From an uncultured virus (IMG/VR IMGVR_UViG_3300029953_000019) (Duplodnaviria > Heunggongvirae > Uroviricota > Caudoviricetes), in the IMG/VR virus record IMGVR_UViG_3300029953_000019: 64,000 nt of DNA; one strand, written 5' to 3'. The notes under the pieces were generated by a model. It saw only the letters and a program-made list of their open reading frames with translations, did no database searches and was not told the origin of the DNA. A program made the position numbers and the translations under genes. Positions 28,782-38,113 of this stretch are shown here, one piece after another. Every line of letters begins with the position of its first letter. Position 1 is the first letter of the stretch.

Positions 28782-30352
28782 TTAACAGTTATATTAATAT
28801 TTTGTGTCCCAGAATCATTATAATAGCTTAAGAAGAACATTGTATTTGCTGGAGAGACACCATATTGAGTTAATGTAGTAGGTATCTCTAAGAAGTCATT
28901 TCCTTCAATTATAATATTTTCATCAGTAGCGTTTTGATTTGCATCATAAGGAGCTAGTATTTGTCCATTTAACAATATAGGTAAATCTACTCTAGCTATA
29001 TTAAACTGATGACAAATACTGACTATTTGACTTACTGCTACTGAACTTCCGATAGGCAGGCTATTGACATAATTAAATATGGCAGATTGGATAGCAGATA
29101 CATTAATTACATCAGTTACATTATTTCTTACAATAGAAATAGACATGCTAACATTACAAGGAATAATACCTTTAGCTAGATAATCGGTACAAGGAATCCT
29201 ATTATTATTGTTTAAAAACAGTGCTTGGGTAGGACTTAGATTAAATGGAGCAATAGCTGTTATATTGAATGTAAACGGCTGACTCATTACAGGAGGTACA
29301 TAAGTAATAGCTAAAGTTGCGGTCTGATAAATGGAATATCTAGCTTGAGCAGGTGTGGTTATCTGACTAGGAGTAGTATTATCATAACCATAAGTAACTG
29401 TAAATGGTAAATAAGCTAAGTTTGTAGCTGCTGCATCCTGTACATTAACTATTCTATAAAATCCAGGAGCTTGAGTAGCTGGAATAGTAACATCCCAGAC
29501 TGCATTGATTGAATCATAAGAACCAACTATTTGGAAGCTTGTTTGTGGAATAGTAATGTCATTTTTAACATATACATCTACACAACCAGGTACTTTTATA
29601 TTTAGAAGGTTATTTTGACTTCTTATATTTACTGGAGAAGTTGTATCTGCTAAATATGCCCCTCTAAAGCTGGGATATAACTGAGTTAATTGATTATTAA
29701 TACTAGCAGCAGTTAATAGATTTGTTGTAGCCAGCCCAGTTCTGAATCTAGTAATAAGTTGTTGGTCTGTTTCTTGATTAATACCTTGTGAGAAAGTGCC
29801 ATAAGCCACTGAATTTACATAGTTTGGAATAGCACTAGTAGCATTTAGTATGAATGGAGCTAGATTAGATACTGCAGTTTGAATACCTATCGTAGTAGCA
29901 TAAACAGGTATGATAAAGTAATACAAACCATTTTGAAGTATGAATGAACCAGAATTTAAGGTTATCGGACTAGTAGTTTGATAAGTATAGCCTAGAGCTG
30001 GTTGGGTAAACGAAGTCCCACTAGGTAAAACATAAGTGTTGGCATTTTGTGCAGAAGTGAATACTTTAATATTACCAGCAGCTGCCGCTCCTTGAATTCT
30101 AGTTACATTATAATTACTAGCAATTTGATCTATTATAGAGCTGTAAGTAGGTGTTAAGCTATTGATGACTTGACTAATAGCTTGTTCTGTAGATATAGCA
30201 TCAATATCATTATATACCTGATTCTGTATTTGAGATTCCAAACCTAGTATTAGCTCACTAAATACTGAACCTGGAGATAAATCAAGAGTAGGTGCTGATG
30301 ATTGTATAAATGCAGTCAATCTAGCTAAAGTCTGGGCAATTGTTTCTGACAT
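28778..30352 (-). CDS. Baseplate J-like wedge protein
   Basis: LDLSPGSV, GxNQETDxQL..R, GCVDVYV motifs. Confidence 0.8.
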   Translation of the reverse strand: MSETIAQTLARLTAFIQSSAPTLDLSPGSVFSELILGLESQIQNQVYNDIDAISTEQAISQVINSLTPTYSSIIDQIASNYNVTRIQGAAAAGNIKVFTSAQNANTYVLPSGTSFTQPALGYTYQTTSPITLNSGSFILQNGLYYFIIPVYATTIGIQTAVSNLAPFILNATSAIPNYVNSVAYGTFSQGINQETDQQLITRFRTGLATTNLLTAASINNQLTQLYPSFRGAYLADTTSPVNIRSQNNLLNIKVPGCVDVYVKNDITIPQTSFQIVGSYDSINAVWDVTIPATQAPGFYRIVNVQDAAATNLAYLPFTVTYGYDNTTPSQITTPAQARYSIYQTATLAITYVPPVMSQPFTFNITAIAPFNLSPTQALFLNNNNRIPCTDYLAKGIIPCNVSMSISIVRNNVTDVINVSAIQSAIFNYVNSLPIGSSVAVSQIVSICHQFNIARVDLPILLNGQILAPYDANQNATDENIIIEGNDFLEIPTTLTQYGVSPANTMFFLSYYNDSGTQNINITVK

Positions 30353-30355
30353 AAA

Positions 30356-30799
30356 TTAAAGTGGTAAAGGTAATAAAACTGTAACTGTGGTACCTGCTTG
30401 AGTAGTTAAAGTCATGGAATAATTTACATATGTCCCAGTACTGGTCACGTTATTTAGTTGCACTGTGCTTAACTGTTCATCCAAGAATAAAGAGGGTGTT
30501 TGACTATTCTGATAACTCTTAAAGTTTTGAATAACAATAGCATTATAGTTGTTAAATAAATTCTTGGCAGTCTGTATATTATTACTGGATAACCCTATCA
30601 AATCTTCAACAAATCCTGAATTTATAAGACTTATAATATAACGTTGTATTAACTTTTGTACCCCAGCTATATATTGAGTAGGATAGCCAAATGAATAAGT
30701 AATATTCTGAGTAGCGGTACTTAATGGATTTAAAGTACCAGAAATATACATATCAACTAGTCTACCACTATAATCTACTGATGTTCCTGAGACTGGCAT
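30356..30799 (-). CDS. Baseplate gp25-like (sheath initiator) protein
   Basis: GVQKLIQR motif, size, position upstream of J. Confidence 0.55.
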   Translation of the reverse strand: MPVSGTSVDYSGRLVDMYISGTLNPLSTATQNITYSFGYPTQYIAGVQKLIQRYIISLINSGFVEDLIGLSSNNIQTAKNLFNNYNAIVIQNFKSYQNSQTPSLFLDEQLSTVQLNNVTSTGTYVNYSMTLTTQAGTTVTVLLPLPL

Positions 30800-31212
30800 T
30801 AAGTACCTTTCATTATTGCTTGTAACAAATTATATCTACCTAAACTTATTGCTATGGATGTTGAGGTTCTAATATCTTTATTCTCAATATCATCCCGATA
30901 ATTTCTCAGCCTAGGTTGATGTCTATACACCATTGATTTAGCTAGACTATATATATTATCTGCTTCTAGTTGTAGTTGGGCTACTGGTACATTGGTTAAT
31001 GTTTTAGCTTGTGCCACAGCTGCTACTTGGGCATCAAATGCTTTATTAGGGACACTTGAATCAAAATAAGTATCTATATTGCTTGGTGTAAGTATATCAG
31101 TTATTCCTAGTAAACACCACTGTCTTTCAGTAGGATCAGTATACATTGAAGTATATGTATCACTTAACCAAGTTCTAATAGATTCTGCTAATTGTGTATA
31201 TGTTTGAGGCAT
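30799..31212 (-). CDS. Hypothetical tail-region protein
   Basis: TAATG overlaps on both sides. Confidence 0.6.
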   Translation of the reverse strand: MPQTYTQLAESIRTWLSDTYTSMYTDPTERQWCLLGITDILTPSNIDTYFDSSVPNKAFDAQVAAVAQAKTLTNVPVAQLQLEADNIYSLAKSMVYRHQPRLRNYRDDIENKDIRTSTSIAISLGRYNLLQAIMKGT

Positions 31213-31853
31213 TATTCATCATCCTCCCAACCAGATTTAACTTTATCTCCTATAACTTTTACCCTACTTATTACAGTATTGGTAGAGATATTCAATTTTT
31301 TAGCTATCTCTTCGTTATTTAATGTAGGTTTATTATTAAAACCAGTTTTATATTCAAATATTACTCTATCTAAATCTGATAAATCATGGTATACAAAATG
31401 AAGCCAATCATCATTTTGATTAGTTAAAAAGACTGGAGTATGTGTTAAACTACTTAGATTAACTTCATTGGCTTTGTTTTGTTTTATCTTATTTACATGA
31501 ACCAATGGTATATGTGTATACTCACTTACTTCCATAGCTGATGGTTCTCTACCTAATTCATCTTTTAGATATAGTTCCGCCTCATTAATGTGCTGTGATT
31601 TAAATTGTTTATTTTCAGGCAATCTCACTGCAGCACCATATAAAGTTGATATTCTACTAAGCTTCTTCAATTGATTAGTAAGATGAGTACTGAATTTAAT
31701 ATTCTTAGAAGGATCAAATGACTCAGCTGCTTTATGAGCTAACTTATATGCCTCAGCCAATACTACTTCATAAGGAATTAACTTACTATATTTTCCAGCT
31801 TCATATTTTATCATTTTATCGTAGTCAGCTAAAAGTTTTTTAATATCGTTCAT
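31212..31853 (-). CDS. Phage RNA polymerase sigma factor (sigma70 family)
   Basis: FDPSKNIKFSTH (region 2), LGREPS..EVS (region 3), EEIAKKLNIS HTH (region 4). Confidence 0.85.
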   Translation of the reverse strand: MNDIKKLLADYDKMIKYEAGKYSKLIPYEVVLAEAYKLAHKAAESFDPSKNIKFSTHLTNQLKKLSRISTLYGAAVRLPENKQFKSQHINEAELYLKDELGREPSAMEVSEYTHIPLVHVNKIKQNKANEVNLSSLTHTPVFLTNQNDDWLHFVYHDLSDLDRVIFEYKTGFNNKPTLNNEEIAKKLNISTNTVISRVKVIGDKVKSGWEDDE

Positions 31854-31854
31854 A

Positions 31855-33528
31855 TTAACTAGGAGATATATCAGTTACAAAATGGTTACAAAAATCCTGA
31901 CTATTAGCATATGTATAATTATATAGAGGCACAGAAGTTAAGCCAGAACTAATTGATTTACCAGGTCTTCCCCCGTTAAAGTTTACATTGGTTGATGCAT
32001 TACCACTGCCAGGAGTTACTTGAAATGAATGACTTACTTCAGTTACGTAAAAGTGAACCCAAGTACCAGGATGATTAGTATATGCAGCCCCAGGAGCACC
32101 AGGAGTCCAATTATTGTTAAATGGCATTGATATCGAACCAACTCTATCGCCATACTTTATTCTACAATATTCACCTTGAGCCCAGGCATTTAAGAATGAT
32201 AAAATATTATCCCGTTCAGCCAGTATCTGGCTCTTATTAGCCATGAAATTATCAGTAGCTTCTTCAGTTTCCACTTTTTTAGTTATCAAATTATCTCCAT
32301 TTTTTATATTTGTCTGAATAGCCATACTACCTTGAGTAACTATCCTACTAACGTATGATTCCGCTAACTGAGGTAGTGTTTTTACTACAATATTACCTAA
32401 GGTATTAGGAGCAGGATCTATATAATAACCATTTAATACATTAACCCCTCCAACTGCCCAAGTTCCTTGCAAACCTACTGTATCTGGTACTACATATACG
32501 CCTTTAATCGTATTCTCTCCATTATCATTAAAGTTAAAAGAATCATAATCAGCAGGGTAAGCCACATTTCTTTGTATTGACCTTTTATTGACTAGTAGTG
32601 AAGGATCTATAGTAACTTGTAGATATGCCGCTTCAGGAACAACAAAGGCAGTTTTATTACCAACTACAAATGTCGAACCATATTGTCCTATAAAGCGTAT
32701 CATTGAATTAAGTACTGTATCATCCAGACCAGACATGGCACTTATGATGGAACAGGCGATGGTCGGACTACCAGCACTTAATAAGGTATTACTAGCTTGT
32801 AATACCTCATTTGAAGTATAACTTGTATTAATTTGATTTAAGAGATTCTTAACAACTGGTAATAGATTATTGGCATTTATTTGTTGGGCTTCGATAACCT
32901 TGCCTAAAGCATTTTGTATGTTTAAATAACTGTTAGCTACTTGTAGAACACCAGTAGTTGCTTGATATACTACTACAATTTTAAATAATTGAATAATAAA
33001 TGGAATAATAGGTAATGTCAGGTCAGGTGTAAATTGTGGTCCACTAAATATGCCATATAAAGGTAAATCACTGGTCAAGAATTGAGTATTGGCTGAAGCT
33101 GGTCCAAATTGATTAGGTTCATAAGTTACTGGTTGTTGGACCGTAAACATATTAGCAGTACCGGCGTTGAGTCCTAATATTCTAGGATAAATTTCATTCA
33201 ACAATACAAACTTATGCTTGATTATTAAAGCCGAAGATAAGCTACCAGGATGTTGGGATATATTAACACCATCCAACCAGCCATTAAATTGTAAGCAACC
33301 AGGATCATAGGATAACCCACCAGTCTTTATAGTTACCGTAAGATCTCTTCTACGGTAGTTATCAAAGTCACAGAAAGTTTGCAGTCCTGATGGATCTACA
33401 TCTACTTGAGCTACAGGCAACCTATTTATTCCATAAGATATAGAAGCTCCTAATACCTTTAAGTTTGGGATAATAGCAGTTATAATCGGGTCGGTGCTGC
33501 TCAAAGTTATCTGTACATTTGTATTCAT
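31855..33528 (-). CDS. Baseplate hub-like protein
   Basis: Position after tape measure; FYVTEVSHSF C-terminal motif. Confidence 0.55.
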   Translation of the reverse strand: MNTNVQITLSSTDPIITAIIPNLKVLGASISYGINRLPVAQVDVDPSGLQTFCDFDNYRRRDLTVTIKTGGLSYDPGCLQFNGWLDGVNISQHPGSLSSALIIKHKFVLLNEIYPRILGLNAGTANMFTVQQPVTYEPNQFGPASANTQFLTSDLPLYGIFSGPQFTPDLTLPIIPFIIQLFKIVVVYQATTGVLQVANSYLNIQNALGKVIEAQQINANNLLPVVKNLLNQINTSYTSNEVLQASNTLLSAGSPTIACSIISAMSGLDDTVLNSMIRFIGQYGSTFVVGNKTAFVVPEAAYLQVTIDPSLLVNKRSIQRNVAYPADYDSFNFNDNGENTIKGVYVVPDTVGLQGTWAVGGVNVLNGYYIDPAPNTLGNIVVKTLPQLAESYVSRIVTQGSMAIQTNIKNGDNLITKKVETEEATDNFMANKSQILAERDNILSFLNAWAQGEYCRIKYGDRVGSISMPFNNNWTPGAPGAAYTNHPGTWVHFYVTEVSHSFQVTPGSGNASTNVNFNGGRPGKSISSGLTSVPLYNYTYANSQDFCNHFVTDISPS

Positions 33529-33530
33529 CT

Positions 33531-33980
33531 TTAACCTAATTTATATGAATAATTACAGATTAGCCCAGCCAATTTTTGCAAATTAGTAGTGCCATTTTCA
33601 TATATATCCAAATATAAAGGATAGTTGGTATTGTAATTTAACATATTGGTAGTAGTTATATTACCAATGACACTTGAAGCCACACTTATTAAATTTGGCG
33701 GAGTAGTTTGAAACACTGCTAAATCTTGTAATGTATAGGCTATTCTAGGATCTACTTGTTTAAAAACCTGATCTAATTTACAAGCAACTATTAACTGAGT
33801 ATAAGCATTAGTTCTGGTAAGAATATCAGTCTCTGTATTGGATGGATACAATAAACTATAGAAGCTGCTTAATTGTGTAGGTAAAGTTATGGTTGTAAAG
33901 GTTGAATCAATATATTCTCCAGCTATATTAGTGGGAGTAATATTCATCAATCTAGTTCTAAAATTATTAATGTATGACAT
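33531..33980 (-). CDS. Hypothetical tail protein
   Basis: Operon context. Confidence 0.55.
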   Translation of the reverse strand: MSYINNFRTRLMNITPTNIAGEYIDSTFTTITLPTQLSSFYSLLYPSNTETDILTRTNAYTQLIVACKLDQVFKQVDPRIAYTLQDLAVFQTTPPNLISVASSVIGNITTTNMLNYNTNYPLYLDIYENGTTNLQKLAGLICNYSYKLG

Positions 33981-33981
33981 A

Positions 33982-34500
33982 TTAACAGTTTGAAATAAAT
34001 ACTGGTGATGGCAAAGTATGATCTACAATCTCGAATTGCAGGTTATACTCTACAAAGTTTATGGCTGAAGACTCGGATGAAGCCTTAAAAGAGAAACTGG
34101 ATAATACACACCAGAATGTAGTATTTCCAAAGGTTATCTGTTGTGACTTGCCTCTTAATTGATTTCCTATTACATTCATTAACTGATCTACTCCAGGATA
34201 GTTTGTAGGTCCATTATAACTGAATTGTGAAGAAGAAGTTAAACAGGAACCAGCAATTAACCCACTAATAGACAAACTACCCAATCCTTTACCGAAATAA
34301 AAGAAGGTAACCAAATCATTGAAGGTTAAAAAGTATTGTACCGTATCTTTATTCTGAATGCTTACTTCACAAACTATTAACATAGCATCTGGATTAATAA
34401 GATTGGTGAGAAATGGTATATGAACAGAGTTATTTACAGTTATTCCTCCTTGAAAGACACTGTTACCATTATCAGGGATTGTATAAAATATAGCAGCCAT
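33982..34500 (-). CDS. Tail tube initiator/tube-like protein
   Basis: YFGKGLGSLSISG motif; directly after tape measure. Confidence 0.55.
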   Translation of the reverse strand: MAAIFYTIPDNGNSVFQGGITVNNSVHIPFLTNLINPDAMLIVCEVSIQNKDTVQYFLTFNDLVTFFYFGKGLGSLSISGLIAGSCLTSSSQFSYNGPTNYPGVDQLMNVIGNQLRGKSQQITFGNTTFWCVLSSFSFKASSESSAINFVEYNLQFEIVDHTLPSPVFISNC

Positions 34501-34507
34501 ATTACGT

Positions 34508-37216
34508 TTACATGTTGGTTAAGGTACTGTTTATTTGTTGTAATTGCGTGACTAAACTAGCAATACCATTTTTTATACCATCCATATCACTTGCTTGTTT
34601 CACAGCACTATCCTTAATTGCCTGACTATCTGCATCAGCTTGGGTCTTTTCTCCTACTAATCCTGTTACAGTAGAATTAGAACCAGCTATGGCTTGTACG
34701 GTTTCAGCAGCTTTTTTAGCCGCATCTTCTGAATCAAATTCTTTCCCCCAATCTTTACCTATGCCCAAGCCAAACTTTAATGTGTCTCCAGTTAATACAT
34801 ATTTACCATTTTTATTTTTTTCATAACCCATTCCAGCCTCACTCTGTATACCATTTAATACATCCCAAGCATTACTACCAAGGCTACTAATAGCCTTACC
34901 TAACTGACCACCTTCCCCACCACCTTTTTGAAGGTCTGAAGCCCAACCCATCAACATATCATTGAAACCTTTATTCCTTTGAGCTGTATTCCCTAACGCA
35001 TCTACCGTAGCTCCAACTAAAGGTTGTTTTAAGAAATCAGCAATACTACCTTGAGAAAAATCTCCAACATAACCTGATAACGTTCCACCATTAACCATAT
35101 GTTGGGTAGCGGTGAATAATTGCTGAGCTGAAGCTGAATCCATATTAGCAGGATTAGCTACTAGTTTTTTCAATGCATCAGCACTTGGCCCAGCCTTTAA
35201 TATGTCTTGTATAGCACTGGATTTTATTCCAAATTTCTGAGCTAAAGCTGCAAAAGTAGCTACATTTTTAGCAGCTGGTCCTTTAGCTCCAGATACAAGC
35301 ATTAAATTCTCTATAGAATTAGCACCTGTTAACTTCTGTATCTGGTCTACATTTTTCATTATACCAGCAGTTACAGTATTATCTTTTGAGAATCCCAAAC
35401 TTTCAAACATGGATGAAATACCCTTATCTTTCAAATCACCACTAAACAAAGACTGAATCATTCTTTGCATAGTAGGGGCATTCATTTTACCCATATGATA
35501 AGATACAGTTTTATCTAATAATATAGTAGATTGTACTCTATTTCTTAACAATGCATCTTGTTTAGCAAATGTACTATTATTAGCTACCGCATAATCATAA
35601 AGATACCCTTTAGATAAAGCATCTTCCCAAGCCGGTCCAAATTCCCCTTGATTTAATCTTCTATCAGTTAACAATTGCTTAAAATTACCACTTCTAATCA
35701 AACCAGCAGCATATTTACCATAACTATTATTACCATAGAATAAGTTTATACCTTGTAGTAAACCTTGTACTTGAGCTTGTCCACCAGCTTTTAATATTTC
35801 CGGAGCATCTTGAAAACCATATCTAGTAGCAGCAGGATTGTATTGGGTATATCTCTGCATATCCACAGCATTTACACCAGTTGCTCTAGCTATACTTTCT
35901 TGAAATGCCTGCCAACCACCAGCAGTCTTATTACCAGATACGGCATAATTTCTTATTGCTTGTTGCACAGTTCCATTACCTTGAAAGTAAGTGTGCATAG
36001 CGGCTAATTGAGTAGATATACCTTGTCCAGCACTACTTAAATTCCCCTCAATAGTACTTCTAAACATATTAGCAGTACCACCTAAATAACGAACATCTTG
36101 CCCAGTCATACCAGAAGCCATCACCATAGTCCTTAAAGCTGCCTCACTAGCCATGGGTCCTAATTCAGCACCACCTAAATGAGATAATAGAGGATTACTT
36201 CCTGCTACTCCTTGTGCCTGACCTATAACATTCAGCATAGTATCGTAACTAATACCAGTTACTCTAGCAGTGGCTTTTAAAGTACGTAGATTATTCTCTA
36301 ATGCTGTCTGACCAGCTGTAGTATTGAGATTGTAATTACTGTATCCTACAAATGAGCTTAATCTATCTGCTAATTGCTTGCCACTTAAGTCATTACCAAA
36401 AGCAGATCTAGCAGCATCTAATAACTTGGGTATTCCGGCATTATTACTCCCACCAAATTGTTCACTTATCTTTATTAAATCAGTAAATCCCTTTCCACCT
36501 ACCAGACCATTTCTAATCATCTCATCTCTAGCACCCATCAAATTCTCATAACTAAAGCCCAAAGTATTAGTATAATTTACACCTCTAGTAATCTTAAAAG
36601 AATCTTCCGTACCTTTAGATATGCCAGCTTTAGCACCCTTCTCCACAGCATCAGTAATTTGCTTAAGGCTGTCTGGGGCTAGTTTAATACCAGTATTCTG
36701 TTGATTATAGAAGTACTTCTCAAAAGCGTCTGCAGCCCCTCTAAGCTCTCCAATACTAGTACCAGTGACTTTACCTAACCCTGCAGCTCCAATGCCTTGT
36801 AGGTTAGCGAAAGCGGCCATTTGAGCTTGTATAGGGTTACCTCCTAAGAAAGGCTTCATTAAAGTAGCAGCAATACCATCTGGATTGCTCATCATACTAG
36901 TAGCTACCGTACTTAGTAGACTATTTTGATTTAAACCGCCTAAATTCTGAAATGGCCTCCAACTAGCAACAGTATTTCTAGCTATCTGCATCATCTGAAT
37001 ACTCTGCTGCCTTTGAGCCATAGCATCATATATACCTTCAGGAGTACCCGGAGAAGGTATAGGAGCCATCATATTACCCATTAAGGCTGTAAGCAAGCTA
37101 CCACTACCAAAAGATAGTCTATCTCCGTAACCTGCCCCAGTAGAATAGGAATGAAGCCCTGCAAATTGAGCTAGACTTGCAGGTTGTTCACCAGGTAAAT
37201 ATATAAAATGTCCCAT
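34508..37216 (-). CDS. Tape measure protein
   Basis: 902 aa, Ala/Gly/Gln-rich helical, follows tail chaperones. Confidence 0.7.
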   Translation of the reverse strand: MGHFIYLPGEQPASLAQFAGLHSYSTGAGYGDRLSFGSGSLLTALMGNMMAPIPSPGTPEGIYDAMAQRQQSIQMMQIARNTVASWRPFQNLGGLNQNSLLSTVATSMMSNPDGIAATLMKPFLGGNPIQAQMAAFANLQGIGAAGLGKVTGTSIGELRGAADAFEKYFYNQQNTGIKLAPDSLKQITDAVEKGAKAGISKGTEDSFKITRGVNYTNTLGFSYENLMGARDEMIRNGLVGGKGFTDLIKISEQFGGSNNAGIPKLLDAARSAFGNDLSGKQLADRLSSFVGYSNYNLNTTAGQTALENNLRTLKATARVTGISYDTMLNVIGQAQGVAGSNPLLSHLGGAELGPMASEAALRTMVMASGMTGQDVRYLGGTANMFRSTIEGNLSSAGQGISTQLAAMHTYFQGNGTVQQAIRNYAVSGNKTAGGWQAFQESIARATGVNAVDMQRYTQYNPAATRYGFQDAPEILKAGGQAQVQGLLQGINLFYGNNSYGKYAAGLIRSGNFKQLLTDRRLNQGEFGPAWEDALSKGYLYDYAVANNSTFAKQDALLRNRVQSTILLDKTVSYHMGKMNAPTMQRMIQSLFSGDLKDKGISSMFESLGFSKDNTVTAGIMKNVDQIQKLTGANSIENLMLVSGAKGPAAKNVATFAALAQKFGIKSSAIQDILKAGPSADALKKLVANPANMDSASAQQLFTATQHMVNGGTLSGYVGDFSQGSIADFLKQPLVGATVDALGNTAQRNKGFNDMLMGWASDLQKGGGEGGQLGKAISSLGSNAWDVLNGIQSEAGMGYEKNKNGKYVLTGDTLKFGLGIGKDWGKEFDSEDAAKKAAETVQAIAGSNSTVTGLVGEKTQADADSQAIKDSAVKQASDMDGIKNGIASLVTQLQQINSTLTNM

Positions 37217-37613
37217 TAAGGTTTAGGAGGTTTCTTTGTTAACTTCTTATTAGTTACTGCTTTAGGTTGCTGCATTAACTTCTTCATAGCTGCCAAGTTA
37301 TCTTTGATTGCTTTAATTTCAGTCTTAGGTATATCCTTAATATTAGCCAATTTTTTGTTGTTGGGCAAAACTATTCCACAATAAGCTTCATACTTATCAA
37401 ACACATTCTTAGCTATATCTTTGGATTTACCTGAAAGAGGGAGAAGACTAGACAACATTAATGCCTGAACCTTTAACAATTCAGCCACTACTTGATTTTC
37501 TAGATAATTTACTAGGTAATCCTCCCTAAGCCGGCTAAACGGCATGGGATATTCAAAACTAGTCAAGCCGCCAACATACCCTCTAGTTATAGCTATGGCG
37601 CGACGGCTATTTA
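37216..37613 (-). CDS. Tail assembly chaperone frameshift extension (gpGT-like)
   Basis: Frame is open from the slippery site to the stop at 37216; only a TTG (37566) or a later ATG could start it independently. Confidence 0.7.
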
Positions 37614-37620
37614 AAAATTT
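37565..37620 (-). promoter_or_regulatory. Programmed -1 frameshift signal
   Basis: A AAT TTT heptamer before TAA plus GC-rich stem 5 nt downstream. Confidence 0.7.
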
Positions 37621-38111
37621 TCTTTGAAACTTTCCTCAGTCAATGCCCTGACTTTCTTCTCAAAGCTCTGGAAAGCTGCTGTTATACCACTAATTTTGAA
37701 AGTAGGCCAGTTATCCATTATCTTGAGTTTTTCAATCAAATAAGTTGTGCCAGTTTTAAGGTCAGTTGGATTGCTGGTTTCATTTATACCAGCGTTAAAT
37801 GGCTTTTTATCTAATTCTATTAAACTAGCTGCTATTCTATATTGAATAACTTTAATAAGGTAAGCATCATTATCCTTGGCTGTACCATTTTCTTTGTCTA
37901 GTTGCATTTGTAGCATGACTAGATTGCTTTCAGCCATATTCAATGTCTTAAACTTGGCTGTTAGTTTTCCATTAAAAAGAGTTTCCTCTGCTACATAAGG
38001 TTTATCTGCTAAGAAAGCTTTAAAGAATTGCTCCTTCTCCGCTTCAGTTAACTTCTCTTTTACTTCTTTTAATTGATCTGTCTGTGTATTAGGTAATATT
38101 AGGTCTTCCAT
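37611..38111 (-). CDS. Tail assembly chaperone (gpG-like)
   Basis: Upstream of tape measure; ends KENF-stop at slippery site. Confidence 0.7.
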   Translation of the reverse strand: MEDLILPNTQTDQLKEVKEKLTEAEKEQFFKAFLADKPYVAEETLFNGKLTAKFKTLNMAESNLVMLQMQLDKENGTAKDNDAYLIKVIQYRIAASLIELDKKPFNAGINETSNPTDLKTGTTYLIEKLKIMDNWPTFKISGITAAFQSFEKKVRALTEESFKENF

Positions 38112-38113
38112 AT

